Under the pieces are notes generated by a model. The model saw nothing but the letters and a program-made list of their open reading frames with translations. It had not been told where the DNA came from and made no database searches. Shown here piece by piece: positions 13,844 to 28,146 of a DNA stretch of 64,000 nucleotides. Every line of letters starts with the position of its first letter. The stretch's first letter is position 1. The stretch comes from Eledone cirrhosa (lineage: Eukaryota), in assembly GCA_964016885.1 (NCBI GenBank), contig OZ024743.1, positions 156,364,001 to 156,428,000 of the forward strand, in the 5' to 3' direction. A program made the translations under genes and the position numbers.

Positions 13844-14150
13844 TATATATAGAGAGAGTGTGTGTGAGAGAGAGAGGGAGAGAGAGTGTGATAGATAGAT
13901 AGAGAGAGAAAGAGAGAGAGAGCACACGATTCAATAAGAATTGATATTTTTCATTTAGTACTTTACTTAGCGATCTCAATATGCAAAGCTGGCTGCCGTG
14001 GGATTCGGTTTGAGCGCAGATAGCCGAAGAGAATACCATAATACATCGTATTCGACGCGATGGATAATCTTTCAATTTAAAATGAATCTCTTTAAAACAG
14101 GTAAGTTTGGTGACTTACATAATACACTGTTGATATATATTATTGCTACA

Positions 14151-14253
14151 CTTAACTGATTATAAATAACATTGCCCCATCCAATGTTAATTATTCCACC
14201 AAACGCTTAACTGATAAATAACATTTCCCCATCCAATGCTAATCATTCCACCA
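14151..14253. repeat. Two-copy direct repeat of about 52-55 bp
   Basis: cttaactga..taaataacatt(g/t)ccccatccaatg(t/c)taat(t/c)attccaccaa occurs twice. Confidence 0.85.
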
Positions 14254-15279
14254 ATCTCATTATAATAAATAGCAAAGTGGACGTTGGCGAGATTAGACCC
14301 AGTACTCAAAGGCACATTCGTGAATGACTCAAATTGCCTTATTATAATTTACATTTATTATACTAATTTCAAGAATAAGTTATGTATACACTTTCCATAA
14401 ATAAAATGGAAGCTTTAATGAAAATACATAAAGTATGTTACTTTGATGAAATACGAAATTTGTTTTTCTTATTTTGTATTTCTAATGAATAATTAATTAC
14501 GTAAATTCCTGGTTTGCATCGCATTCACAGAAAGACAATGCATTCATTTAATAACAGTTTTCTTCCTGTAATAACTCCATTAACACGCTTGCTATTGGGA
14601 AATCTAGACTGAATACAATGTCTTAATCATGACAATAATATTTCTTTGTTCTCTGTGATAAGAGAAAGCAAGCTATTTTGAAATAATAATTAGGTTAATC
14701 ACGAATCGACAAATGCCTTCAGTCATCTTGTATTAAGAATAGGCTAAGTTTTCGATAAAACGTAAGGCTACGTCAAACATATTTGCGATCACAATAAAGT
14801 AAAAATATAACTGCTTTGAATATTATGTGAGATGATTGATTACATTGCTAATAAGTGACAAAGACGCAAGTATTTATCGGAGGTATAGTAGATAATTGGT
14901 GCGCGAAATAGCATTTTAGAAGTTGACAGCCCTAAAAAAAGAGTCAATTAATGAAGGATTTGGTATACAGAGAATTACAGCTATCAAAAGCAGGGTTAAA
15001 ATACTAGCTTGGCAGGAGTTTGAAAGCTGAAGAACATATATAATGAATTAATGAATGCACTCAATTAATGAACACCACATTTTAATTAATTAAAGCTACA
15101 CCCATAATAAAAATAAAAATTTAGTAACAATGATTAATTATTTTCAAGAAACACATCGGAAACAATAGGGAAATGCAAATTATATAAAAATAGAATAGTT
15201 TTGAAGGGTGAAGAAATCAGAGCGTTGATAAGTACGGTGATTACACCAGAAATGAGGTAAGATTATACTGTTTACATTT

Positions 15280-18200
15280 ATTTCTAAATTGTGAATTGTT
15301 GTGATAACCCTTTGACTGGCAAGTCTTTCCGCAGCTCATCTCTTTAACTGGAAAGTAGTTTTGGGTCAAACGAATGCCGAGACTAAGCACCAGACACCTA
15401 AACTGTTGTAAAGCACTCACAGCTCTCAAACAATTTGGCGACGTGGCCAGTGAATATTTCACGTTAGCTAATGGGAAAGAACGAAGATTTTCTCGGGGAC
15501 TATATTTTCCTGATAAGCGCCACAAAATAAAAGTGAATAAAATCAATGTCACTAACACTGCTACTACCAACACCAATATCACCAAGGAGAGATGGACTGT
15601 CTCAGCTCTAAATGTATTGGTAGATATCAGAATAACCCTAGTGATCCCCAAAATACCTATTCATTATCTAGTGGCAGCTTCTTCATGGACGTTGACCATA
15701 GGCCCCACATTTTAGATTTGAAAAAAAAATGGAAAATGGTCAGTATCCAAAGGAATCACGAAAACATTAAGGATCCCCAACATAATAGACACTGCAAACG
15801 GAAACCGATTTCCTGTGACCGGAAAGAGCAGAAGGCCAAACGCCACAGATCACTCTTTTCTGCCCTCAAACATCACGGAAACAAACGATGCTACCGCTCT
15901 TTCCTACAGCGAATCTCATTCTGGCACTAAATCAAACATCAACGGCCATTATACAAACAAAAAACTCAACATCAGCACTAGCTACCATGCCATAACCAGC
16001 ACCAATACAAGTGATAACAACGCAAGCGGAAGGCATGTCCATCTCCAGCATTACTCACTCCAACATTGTTTATAGCCATGAGGAGGAATGGCCACGTTAT
16101 ATGAAAAAGAAGGAAAAATCATAAGGCACACAGCAGAAACACAAACAGCCACATCACTACCACCAACAAGATCAGCACCCTCATCCCTACCATCAACACA
16201 ACCATTACACCCACAGGCACAATCCAGTCCGCACCCCCAACAACAACAAACTTAAAGCCAACAAAAAGAAACAAACCACATTAATCAAACTGCCATAAAT
16301 CACAACACCACACTTGCAGAAGATAGCTATAACAGATCATATTACGTCCCCCAAATCGCACATAATACTTACTCTGATTTGAAAAGAAATGTCTCCACTG
16401 CAATTAGAAAATTCAGTGATATGTTTGAGGAAATGCCCATAACTGGCCGGAAGTATGAAACAGTCCTTTCTACATATGATTAATTTGAGGGGCATTTATC
16501 ACTTTTTACTACAATTCATCGAATATGACCTGGGATCTTCATGCAAGAAAGGTCACTTGCTCAACGACCTCAAGTCTGAGAAAAAAGAAATGGTGTTTAT
16601 CAGTGAGGCCAGAATTTCAGAGACACGTGTCTCTGCACCCATTTTCGTACGCATTTCTTTAGTTTTCTGGTATCTGGAGGTGGAGCTTCTTGGTTTTGAC
16701 GAAAAGACCCGGAAATCACGGTACGGTATATCTTCCTGGACCAAGAGGATGAGTCGATGGGGCTGAAATAACCAGCAGCGAAGGAGACAGATTCAGACTA
16801 GTTGCTCTCTATGCTGATACGTAGGTAAGAAGGCCTGTTTTCTTCTGGTGGCTCCTACGTTCAAGGAACGTCCTTCTATTTAGAGTTAGTGGGTGACTGA
16901 AACGATATCTTAGAAGCACACTTATACTTTGTCGCCATATTAGGTAGGAGAGGATGGAGTGAAAGCCTCGCGAAAGTTCTCAGACATTTCGAATTGTCTG
17001 ACAGTAGAGAAGGTATTTCTCGAATGTGCCCACAACAGATCAAGATCGTATCTAGATAGGGTATTCTGTTGGGAAGTAGATAAGGCTGTCTTAGGCTGAC
17101 CACAATTCAAATTAGTCGACTACACATACTGCATACCACAAATTAGGTACAGTAGATAGGCGTGATAGGCAGGGAGCCGGTTACTTGATGCTGAACGGAT
17201 TATTTACGGTGCAGCACACTTATAAAGACGGGCTTAGTGAAGCGGTCGTAGACGGTAGCAATCTTCAACAGCAACTAGTCGTTTTCTTTACAACAGTCGA
17301 TAACTAGAATAGATGAAAAAAGAGTGATAGTGACATCTAGATTAATGGATGAGCTAGTTATAATCTTCAAAGGTCTATTGGGAAAAGCAATGCAATGTGC
17401 TTAAGGCGAGGCTCACTCTCAATAAATTCTTCAGCGCTAGACAAGGGAATGAAGGCCATTTTATAGGCTCGAGTAGAGAAGGCACGATGTGGAAACAAAG
17501 CACAAATCCAGTCTTTTGTGGGCCACGAGTGTCGCATGTTACTCGATCCCAAGCGGATGTGGGAATACTTTCAGTAGCATTTCCCACAAATGTTCGGGCC
17601 CGGTGATGAGGTAGATCGTGGGATGGCTTTTAGTATCTACATCGACGTCATGATACGGCTCGTGGACGTGGAGGCGGAGTGTTGCACAATGCCGATAAGA
17701 GCTGTTTATATACGGAAAGCGATAACTGGCTGCAAGAGGGGCTAATGGGCTGGTTTAGATTGTCTGCCCAACGAGATTTTATATGCCAGATCAGTTAGGT
17801 GACACCTTAGAAAAAGTCTGACGCAACGGACAGCAAAACGGGAGGATTTCCAGTTGCTAGCTGTTGGGCGGTGGCGCTAAAGAAAAAGGACGCCAACTAT
17901 ATAGATAATTTGAGGCCCATAACCCTGCTAAATGAAGAATTTAAAATTTTGGTTGGTACTTTTCCTAGATAGTCTAATGAGGAATGCGCATCCCAAACAG
18001 ATCTCTCCCCGACAACTTCCATCATATGTGATGCATCATTGACAAGGTGTCTAAGGGACATGACACGGCTGGCACCGTGATCAACTCAAACCAATCGAAA
18101 GCTTTTGATTGAGTTGGCTGTTACTACCTACCGGCAGTCCTCAAAGCAGCCGACCTCAGGCCCGATATCAGCGGCTCGAAAGCTGTCATGCACAGGGACA

Positions 18201-18385
18201 TATGCCGTGTTGCTAGAATGAACGATCACATCACGTAACATTATTCACTACACGTACCAAGAGTGTCCCCTCTCGTCCTTTTTGTATATATGGACTCTCG
18301 GGCCATTACTACTCAAATTGGAGATATTGAATGGTGTCCCACGTGAATTAGGATGTGGTAGTTGCGTGTCAGCATATGCCGAGTT
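15280..18385 (+). mobile_element. Tx1/L1-like LINE, highly decayed, 3' part missing
   Basis: SSCKKGHLLNDL (cf. SWKQGHLLNDL at 44970), FRLVALYA, RPITLLNEEFKI, SKAFD, CPLSSFLY, SAYA at 18370. Collinear with the other two copies. Confidence 0.78.
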
Positions 18386-20169
18386 GATCGGTATCTATGT
18401 GGCGGAATAAAAAGCTGGAACTGAACCGAAGATTTGGTCTAACCCAATATCGTTTTCTCCGATGGGATATACTCTTAGCAGTGGGTTTTGTGTCCAATGT
18501 ATCTAGTATGCAGCAAAGCTGGTTTGCATTGTCTTGTTCGATTTACTTGGCTATTTCAGCAGGGGAACTATTTGCGGCATTAATTGTTGGCTCTACTAAT
18601 TTGTCCATCCTCTTTGAACCCTTTATATTTTAATACCAGCTTCAACAACAATTCCTTTGACTGTTCTTAGTATGTAAAACAGAAATCTAACTTACATATA
18701 AATTAACAGAGAAAGCGCTAACTGGGAAAAAGAAAAAGGCTATGAGGAGAAAAAGAAACATAACCAGATCATATGATGTGATTTCCCCTCCACGTGTTAG
18801 CATAATGACTCACAGTCGTACATATTATCAGCACATATAGTATAAAAGGTGACGACATCTATTTCCAAGTTCAGAATCATATTTAAAAGACAAATATATT
18901 CGTACAAGATAAGTTCGTATTACAATTCTCACCAGCTAGCTATAAGAATATAAAATATTCTCAAACTGTACTATGTGTTTCCTAATTCAAACAATTTTGC
19001 CCTTTGGGTAATCCAGATCTAAGTTTGAGGAATGGTAGGGTCACTAACTTGACTTAGCCATCGATTGGTTTCACAATCCTCTTTTGTAGAGACTCCGGAC
19101 ATGCTTCATTAAATAATCTTAAGTAAAATTATGTGTATAGTTATATGAATCTTATATTTTCTCATTTCATACAACTCTTAAAGTGTTACATTGTTATTTG
19201 GTTTTATATATACATTTTTCTTCTTCTTCTCTTCAGTTGCTTTAACGCCCAGCCCCATCCGATTGAATATTTCATGCATTGTATGCATGAATGTAATGAG
19301 TTTAATACTGACATAACAAGCATATATGAGTTGCATCGAAGCCATATCTGTCTATGCATTCTCCCTTCACAGAGATGTGATAGCCTAAATAACATTTTTT
19401 TTGTTTATAGATCATTCTCAATGTTTTTCAGGAGCTTGGAGGTCGGTTCTCCCTCGAGCTAGGCTATATAGTCTACCCTATTCATAAGGCATAGCGAAAC
19501 CGAAGGTTTCTGCGGATTCCTTTAGTTTGTAACAATTAATATTGTTTTCCCTCATTTCCTTTGCAGTTTTCTGTTCGCTCAGTATCAACATTATAATTGT
19601 TTCCTTCTCTGAAGTTAGAGAATTTGTTTTGTTTCGATAAAGCTATGTAGCTATTTGTATTAGTTATCCATTATTTTCATGTATTAGTAAACGTTTAGAT
19701 ATTGACAGAATATTTTAAAACTCCAATTCAATTCTCTACGGTTTTTATTCCGGCTCGCCTTTCTTCCTTTCGGTGTCGATAAATAAAGTAGCAGTGTATA
19801 TAAAACTGTTCTTTTATCTATTATGTTCTTCTATATGACCCGGTAAACGTGTCGATGAACGAGAAACTAACCTCTTCGTATAGTAAATATTAATGCACTA
19901 ATTGGACCGACTGATTCTGACTAGATAGACTTTAGATGACGGAACAGAAATAAAGAAGTTTAATTGATTTTTACTCAAGACTTAACTATCTATAATTGCA
20001 GAAACTATAACATTTAAGTGTCGAACATTGAGGGATGTGTTGGAAAGGCAGTCATTAATTAATAGTTTTCCTCCAAAGCTCTGATAATTTATTTATGTTT
20101 ATTTTTGTGAATGTAGTATTACAGTGGTAGTTAAAATATTGTTAGTACTTATCTTAAAATTCCTCACCA

Positions 20170-20940
20170 TAACCATCATCATCATCATCATCGTCATCAT
20201 AATCATCATCATCATCATACTCTTTCTCTTCCTCATCTTCCGCTTCCATCTCATCATCATCATATTTTTTCTATTATTCCTTTCCCCAAATTATTCCTGA
20301 GAGTGTCGTGAGCCCTTAGTGTTCCGACATACCTAACACGGGGCCATATAAGAAGTAACAGTCTCCAATTAAACCAATTAGATCACCACTCAAGAACAGC
20401 AGAAACTGTGTATTGTATAAAAAATTATCTTGATCTTGGCCTACCAGTGGGTCACCCGCCAGTTGTCTTCGTCCATAAAATCTCTCCAGCGATTCTCTCC
20501 CTAAATACTATAACCACATGTCAATAGTACAGAAGCTGTGACTTCTCAAATCGAAAATATAGTGGATCTAGCCGAAGTGAAATATTGATCTACGAGATAC
20601 GTACCCTATTAAGTAAACCCACTAAAAAGACCACCATTTCTCCTAATCATATTCGTTCATATCGTTCGGTCATTACCCAAGTTTTATGACTCTAGATAAG
20701 GATAGGCAGGAACACCTAATTGGACACTTTGGTATTTGCACCAATATCCCAACTTCAAATGGCCTCATGCTGAAGCTGGTGCATCCTTGAAACAGCTCTA
20801 GCAATTTCTGCACTTAATTTAGCCTTCTACCTTCCACACTCATTAAAGTAGACCCACCATACTGCACTCACATGCATAGCGCACCACGCAAGATTACTCG
20901 ATACGACGAATTTCTCACACTTGGCACTGTTTTTTATTCT
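20170..20940 (-). mobile_element. Probable RTE-like LINE 3' fragment with (GAT)n tail
   Basis: Minus-strand WTKTTGG*PTGRPRSR near 20430-20480, followed by a (GAT)n tract (plus-strand (CAT)n at 20175-20260). Confidence 0.45.
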
Positions 20941-22635
20941 TACTGTGCATCACTGAGCAGCAAACCTATCCATTGCATGACGAACGAAGTACATCAGCTT
21001 CCTGTGATTTAAGTAGTAACATATCGTCTGAAAAATCCACATCTCTTTTAAATATATTACTTTCTAGCATTTATTTAAATTTTGTTAAATTTAAATGTAC
21101 TACTGTTCAATACTTGAATCTTTAAGTCTTAAATGTTTGCGCACCATCATTTTATTTAATTTTCTTTCTTTTAATCTAACATAGGGTAAATTTCCATCCT
21201 TCAAAATTGATATGGCATATGTTAAATTGAATGTCACAGCAAATAGATAAGTAAAACTGTTAGTTATCAATTTCAACGTACGGAGTATCTCCTTGTATAA
21301 AATATGGCTAATAGTCTTCCCGTAGCCTTTGTATACGACTGCAATTTGGTTTAGCATGCTGGATAAATGTGGTAATCCCAGATAGAAACGAAGAAGAGAG
21401 AACAAGTTTACTTTGAATATTTCTATCCTAAAAAAGGTTGGATGGTTTTATACAATCTTATCTATTTATTTACTTAATTGATTGACAATTATTCAACACA
21501 TTATGCATTTTCTCATTACTGTCTGCAACTAAATCATCGCTAATATTTGCAAAATTGAAAGTTGTTTGGTGGTCAATTTATTTTATGCCTAGAAAATTCC
21601 TTCACATTTTTCAAAACAAAGATGCACTAACTACATATCAGGAAACCTAAATTCTAAATGAAATATATTTTCCCTTCAGCCTGACCCTATATAGTTACTT
21701 CATTAACCTCTGTTACTGAGAGTTAGGTGATCTCGTTCTATTTCTCGGCTAACAAGAAAATCATCCTTCTTGAATGGTCTCCCTGTTCAATAATTTCTGC
21801 AGCGTTCAACACACACATTCCCGATTTGATAATGCCAAGTTACTTTCTTTTTATAATATCCCATCATACAACAGTACGGGACTACTACAGCACTACATGA
21901 ATTAAATGTATCTTAGTGGCAACATCGAAGTCAGATATAAATCGAACGAAGGCTTGGTGAAAAACATGCGCCCTGTTCCAATTGCTTAGTAACAGTTGCG
22001 TAATAATTGTTGCCTTAGAAGCAATCAGACAGCTAATCCCACACCTATATCATATGTATTTTGTACATCTACAATTAGATAGATAAATCATGTGCACTCA
22101 GATAAAATGTATTTTGCAGTTACTTTGAGTTTAGCAGTTAAACTTGTTTCAATACTACCTACCCCTAATCACAAGCAGAACACATTACTAACCCAAAGAT
22201 ATTGTGACATGAGATAACTTGGTCATATCAATTGATGTTTGAGACAGAAGCCACTTTATTTGCCCTGAGGCAATGCATTTTTTTAAATATTTCCTAAGTG
22301 CTAATGATAATTATATGCCCAATAACTTGATGTAACAGTTGTTCCAATACCTTATCACCAAAGCAGCCTACGGGCGATGTACTTCCATAGACTGATGAAT
22401 TCGACGTCTTCATTATATTTGGAATAGGATATTTTTTTAATATATCACGAGTAGATATTAGTATCACATTTATTTATTTGCGCAAATAAACATATCCAAC
22501 AGTTGCTTTATACGCAAGAAATATATAAGCTCCAGTTTATTCTTGTATCAGTAATTGGCTAATATTACCGCTAATGGATAACAATTCTAAAACACGTGTC
22601 TGGCGCACAATTATACGTCTATTTTACTTGCCTAA

Positions 22636-22822
22636 GGGTGGTGGTTTGTCAGAATCGATAGAGCGTCAGACACCATGCTTTGCAGCATAGTTATCGCTCT
22701 TTGCGTTCTGAGTTCAAATCCGCCGAGGTTAACTTTGCCTTTCATCCTTACGAGGAGGATAAACAAATAAAGTACCAGTGATGCACAACAATCGTTGGCC
22801 TCGTGCCAAAAGTAAAAATTCT
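22636..22822 (+). mobile_element. tRNA-derived SINE (resembles octopus SINEs)
   Basis: A-box-like tggtttgtcagaatcg, B box gagttcaaatcc, core gccgaggttaactttgcctttcatcctt...aaataaagtaccagt shared with other copies in the window. Confidence 0.8.
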
Positions 22823-23008
22823 ATTTTACTAGCCTAAATATTGCCAGGGAGTGATACTGCTAATATATATATGTGTTTTATATATGTTATTTATTTATGT
22901 TAATACTCGGAACAAAAGACCAACCTAAGATTTAACGCCCAATATTAAACTCACCTTCATAATATAAGTGAGATCAAAATTGTGATCTAATCTTCAGGGG
23001 CTTATGCG

Positions 23009-23060
<52 letters not shown>

Positions 23061-24098
23061 GTAAGTGCGTGAGAGAGAGAGAGAGAGAGAGAGAAAGGGC
23101 GAGAAAAAGAGGAAAAGGGAAGGGTACATGGGTATATACTAATTCATACACACGTAAGCACAGTGGTTAAATTATTGTTTCACTTTACGGGAATCAAGAA
23201 CTTGAGATTATGTCTTTACAGTATTATTCTGGGGTGGAGCTGGGTGTCTGCAACAAATTTTATTGATCAGGTGAAAAGATTCACGCTTACGAATATCACT
23301 AACATACATAATACAAATAAATATTAAACACTGTCTAACTGTATTGTCTAATTAAAGAATATAGAATTGAACATTAAGTCTGAGATTTCACAAATAATTT
23401 ATAGTTGGTTAAAACTCGGATTCCACGAGAAGCATATATACATTTTTGTTTGCCCCTGGACCAAGCTCATTGGAATCAAATATAAAACAAAGGAGTGTTG
23501 AACTCATGTCTCCTTTCTGTCTGCCATGATGTAGATACAAAATATGCTCATACAGTTAGTTGTAAGACGTTATCGAGTGATTTGGAGAGATTTTAGGACC
23601 AGCCTTGGTCACACAGACATTTATGTATCTTACTGTAGAGCACACCTCAATATAATCAATCAGTACTGTCCTAGATTCACAAACATTTTATGATCATTGC
23701 TCGGAAAAATAGATTAAAAACATTTCCCTCACACTTTCCTTTTCATTTAATTTTGGATTGTATTTAATCAGAATATCAGTGAAAAGAATTGAATACATTA
23801 GAATTAATTTTTAACAATTACACATAAATGAATTCCGTTTGTGTAAATTTATTTCCCTAGCGATTTAATGAAATGAATACGATATATAAATATCAGATAA
23901 AAATATCGCTCAAAAGAGATTTCTCAGTGTGATTTATTTCATCAATTCAAAAAAAGTCACCTATATTGTAGTATGTGCATGTGTATTTGCGTACAAACAC
24001 ACAGATACAAACACACACATACAGAAACACACACATACACATACATAAACAGACACAGACACGCACACACGCACACATATACACATAACAGATGTTTA

Positions 24099-24146
<48 letters not shown>

Positions 24147-24727
24147 CACAATAAATATATAGATACGTATGTAAACAATAAATATATGGGTAGTCTCGCT
24201 GCCAAAGAAAAATATTTTACAAAACGAAACAAAAAGAAATTTTATCATGTGTGTTTTCCTCTGAATATATTATAGAGTTGCCTATATATTTTAAGTGTGC
24301 CAGACAACGATATTTTAAGCTTTATCACTTTTCACTCAGCAGATACTGGTATCGGTTAGACAATAATCTGTATAGAATTTTACTTGTTGACCACTAGCGT
24401 GGGAAACTCATTTGCATATAGCGAATAGAAAACATCGACGGGAAAAGGTCATTTGCATATAATGTAGGCTCGGCTGGTTTGCTATAATAAAGGGAGGAGT
24501 ACCGGACAGTGTACGTTTTATATATTGTTTATCCCGCTTGTAAAATAAGTTGGATTGCTTTGAATGAATAATGAATGAATACTACTAAATTGTGTAACAC
24601 ATGATTAATCATAAATAATTAAATGTATTGCTTATTTCAAGATTTCACTACTTTTAAATGTTTCAAATTTCAACTTCCGGTATATCGCCACCACCACATT
24701 AGCTACCATGCATATATATATATATAA

Positions 24728-24908
24728 TTGTTTCTACTTTAGCCACAAGGTCAACAATTATCCAGTTCATTACTGGTACTTTATTTTATCGACCTCGTAA
24801 GGATGAAAGGCAAAGTCAACCACGGCGGGATTTGAACTCAGATCGTAAAGGGACGTCACTATGCTGGAAAGCATGGCGTCCGACCCTCTACCGATACTGC
24901 CTATCCAC
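24728..24908 (-). mobile_element. tRNA-derived SINE, same family
   Basis: actggtactttattttatcgacc..aaggatgaaaggcaaagtcaacc..ggatttgaactcaga is the reverse complement of the SINE core and B box. Confidence 0.82.
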
Positions 24909-25158
24909 AATAAACCTGAATTGGTTTTCTCGTTGATTTGGTCCTTGCGACTGGCTTACCGATTACAGTCTTCAATTTACCAAGCTGTCTAAACGTAATG
25001 TTATTACTCTAAGATAAAAAAACCTATTGAGTGCTTGGCTGCACATTCCGATTGCATTCGTTAGCTTCGCTGCACCAAGAGCTTCGATTATGGTGTACTA
25101 AATTTTGTATATTTATAGAGATAGATATAGATCGATATATATATATATATATATATAG

Positions 25159-25190
<32 letters not shown>

Positions 25191-25276
25191 CTATATATAT
25201 CTATGTATATATATATATATATATATATATAAGAGAGTATTGAAGTCTGCTTGAAACATTGTGGAACAATAAGTAA

Positions 25277-26037
25277 ATATCTTTAGGTCGTTTGGAAGCC
25301 TCGACAATGCAAATGGGTAAATCTCCGAGTAACAAGGTCCGGTGGTGGAGAAAGAGATGTAATTGGGTGTACGTTGAGAAGCGTGGTGTGTATAAGATGT
25401 GTGAGATGTGTAGAATGAGGGAAGAGTATAAAGGTTAAAATATAAATAACAACACAAGACAGAGTTACCCTGGGAGAGATTTAATAGTCCCTATATATTT
25501 CGGATTCACATCCATCAACTGGGGTTTTTTTCCGGGGTGGGGAAAAAGATTCTCTGTCGGACAAGCCCGGAACGCGTCTTTCGCTGTTTGTTGTTTTGAA
25601 TATCTGAGGTATTCGGCAGAGCGCGCGTGCGCGTGAAATGGGGTCGGTCGTACAGAGGTCAGCGGCCGAATGAGGGAGTGGGATGGCGCTAGCTGTCAGT
25701 CCATTCTCTGCCTGTTTGTTAAATGTTACTGTGTGTGTGCGTGCGCGTGTGTTGTTATCTCGCTTAAGCGCTTCCTTGATACGTAACGTGCCGACGTCGG
25801 CACGTTATTTATCAAGGAAGCGCTTTTTATCAAACGACCGCAACCGCAAATAAACAACCGATCAGAGAGAAGCGAAATGAAATGGCCGGTTTAAGTTAAC
25901 AAGCGCTGCAACAACACACAACACACAAGCGAACGAGAGAACTACACACACACACGCACACACACACAGTAGCATTCCACCATACGAACATACTACACTG
26001 CCAATACAGATGAACAAGGCAACAACACACAGACACA

Positions 26038-26104
<67 letters not shown>

Positions 26105-26585
26105 AAGCGAGACAACAACACACGCACACACACACACAGTAACATTTAACAAACAGGCAGAGAATGGACTGACAGCTAGCACCATCCCACTCCCTCATTC
26201 GGCCGCTGACCTCTGTACGGCCGACCCCATTTCACGCGCACGCGCGCCCTGCCGAATAGCTCAGATATTCAAAACAACAAACAGCGAAAGACGCGTCCCG
26301 GGCTTGTTCGACAGACAACCTTTTTCCACCACCCCGGAAAAAAAACCAGTTGATGGATGTGAATCCGAAATATATAGGGACTATTAAATCTCTCCCAAGG
26401 TAACTCTCTCTTGCGTTGTTATTTTTATTTTAACCTTTATACTCTTCCCTCATTCTACACATCTCACACATCTTATACACACCACGCTTCTCAACGTACA
26501 CCCAATTACATCTCTCTCTCCACCACCGGACCTTGTTACCCGGAGATTTACCCATTTGCATTGTCGAGGCTTCCAAACGACCTAA

Positions 26586-26591
<6 letters not shown>
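25277..26591. mobile_element. Fold-back repeat: inverted arms 25277-25768 and 26101-26591 with an internal 60-bp palindrome
   Basis: The arms are near-identical reverse complements. Palindrome at 25766-25825. 25828-26590 is homologous to 38195-38682. Flanked by (TA)n. Confidence 0.85.
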
Positions 26592-26628
<37 letters not shown>

Positions 26629-26778
26629 ATTTAAAATACTAGAGTGTGTTGGAGTTAAACACCCTCTTCATATTATAGAATTGACAGTATAAGATATAGC
26701 TCAATGTAATTAAACAGAGCCGAAGAATTATAAAAAAATAAACCAAAGAAGCCTTCAATACATCAAAAGTATTTATTA

Positions 26779-26816
26779 GCCAACAATGTTTCGTCCTATT
26801 AAGGACTCATCAGGGC
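26779..26816 (-). ncRNA. Minimal type I hammerhead ribozyme
   Basis: GCC-CUGAUGA-GUCCU(uaau)AGGAC-GAA-AC(auu)GU-U-GGC on the minus strand, in a TA-flanked block (26627-27110). Confidence 0.75.
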
Positions 26817-27115
26817 AAGTAGAGCTACAAGAAGCACTATCGGCCAATACAAGCCAAAAATTCAGAAGAATATGGAGTATACATCTATTAAATCTTAGGA
26901 AAGATATTAAGGAAAAGTTGGCTAAGATTAAGAGTGAGCTGTTACAAACATAGATATGGACCAAACAGCAAGGAAGTGATTAACATGTTGAACCCACATT
27001 GCAAATATTATATAATGCAAAAACTTGAAACACAAATGGCATCACAATGCGAGAATTACAGTACGATATAGAATAGAATATAATATAATAGATGGTGATA
27101 ATAAAAAGCTTAATT

Positions 27116-27166
<51 letters not shown>

Positions 27167-28115
27167 ATACATATACACATTAGCACAAACACAAACCAAC
27201 ACTTATTAAGTATTTAAATATATATATATATATTGCTTACAGTATAATACAACAAGGACAAAAACAAGAACAAAAATAAAAATAAAAACAAAACATAATA
27301 TATAATTCCCTGTCAGTGTGCACAAACAACACAGAAACACTACAATAACACTACAACAACAATACTACAATATATATAATATATAATATATCATATATAA
27401 TATATATTATATTGGCATCAAAAGATATACAAAACCACATCATATATATAATTCAAGGTTAACAAACAGTACAAAGCCCCACACAGGGTAAGAAAAAATC
27501 ATATAGAACTAAATAGTGTTGAAAAAATTGTGTTGATAAAATATATATACCACCGTAACAATAACACGGAGGTCAAGTCATTATACATTGACATAAATAT
27601 TACCAAAATATCACAAAATATTACAAAATATATTTACGTGGTTGACATACAGACATATATCAATGAAATTACATGGCCAGACAACCAGCGTCTGGTAGTA
27701 AAATAATAAATAAAGTAAACCGAAGATCGAAAAACAAAAGCAAGCATATTTACTTAGGTGTCACAAGCGGCCAAGCAAAAGAAAAAAAGATAGAAATGTA
27801 GATCAGAGAGTTGACTAGAAAACCTTTTTAAATTAATTAATATTAAAAATATTTAAAATACATATTTAATCACTTCAAAATTAGCTAGCGTTTAAGTCAT
27901 CAAAACCCTAATTGTTTAAGATATCTCAATAAAATTATCAAGAATAGAGTAAAATCTGCCTCGCTCAGTCAAATAACGTTATCAAACAAAAGGACTCCAA
28001 ATAGAACCAGGGCAGACCAACGAGAACAGAAAGAAGAGAGGCCATGGAGGATAGGAAGGAGCATACAAGTAAATTCATATATTATATAATATCATAAAAG
28101 GAGCATAAAAGTGAA

Positions 28116-28146
<31 letters not shown>

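Noticed and set aside
18420-18625. Minus-strand RRKRYWVRP resembling a PIF/Harbinger transposase N-terminus
   Set aside because: A single short motif with no DDE domain or TIRs visible.
22636-22725. tRNA gene
   Set aside because: A/B boxes are present but there is no cloverleaf, and the sequence continues into a SINE core repeated elsewhere in the window.
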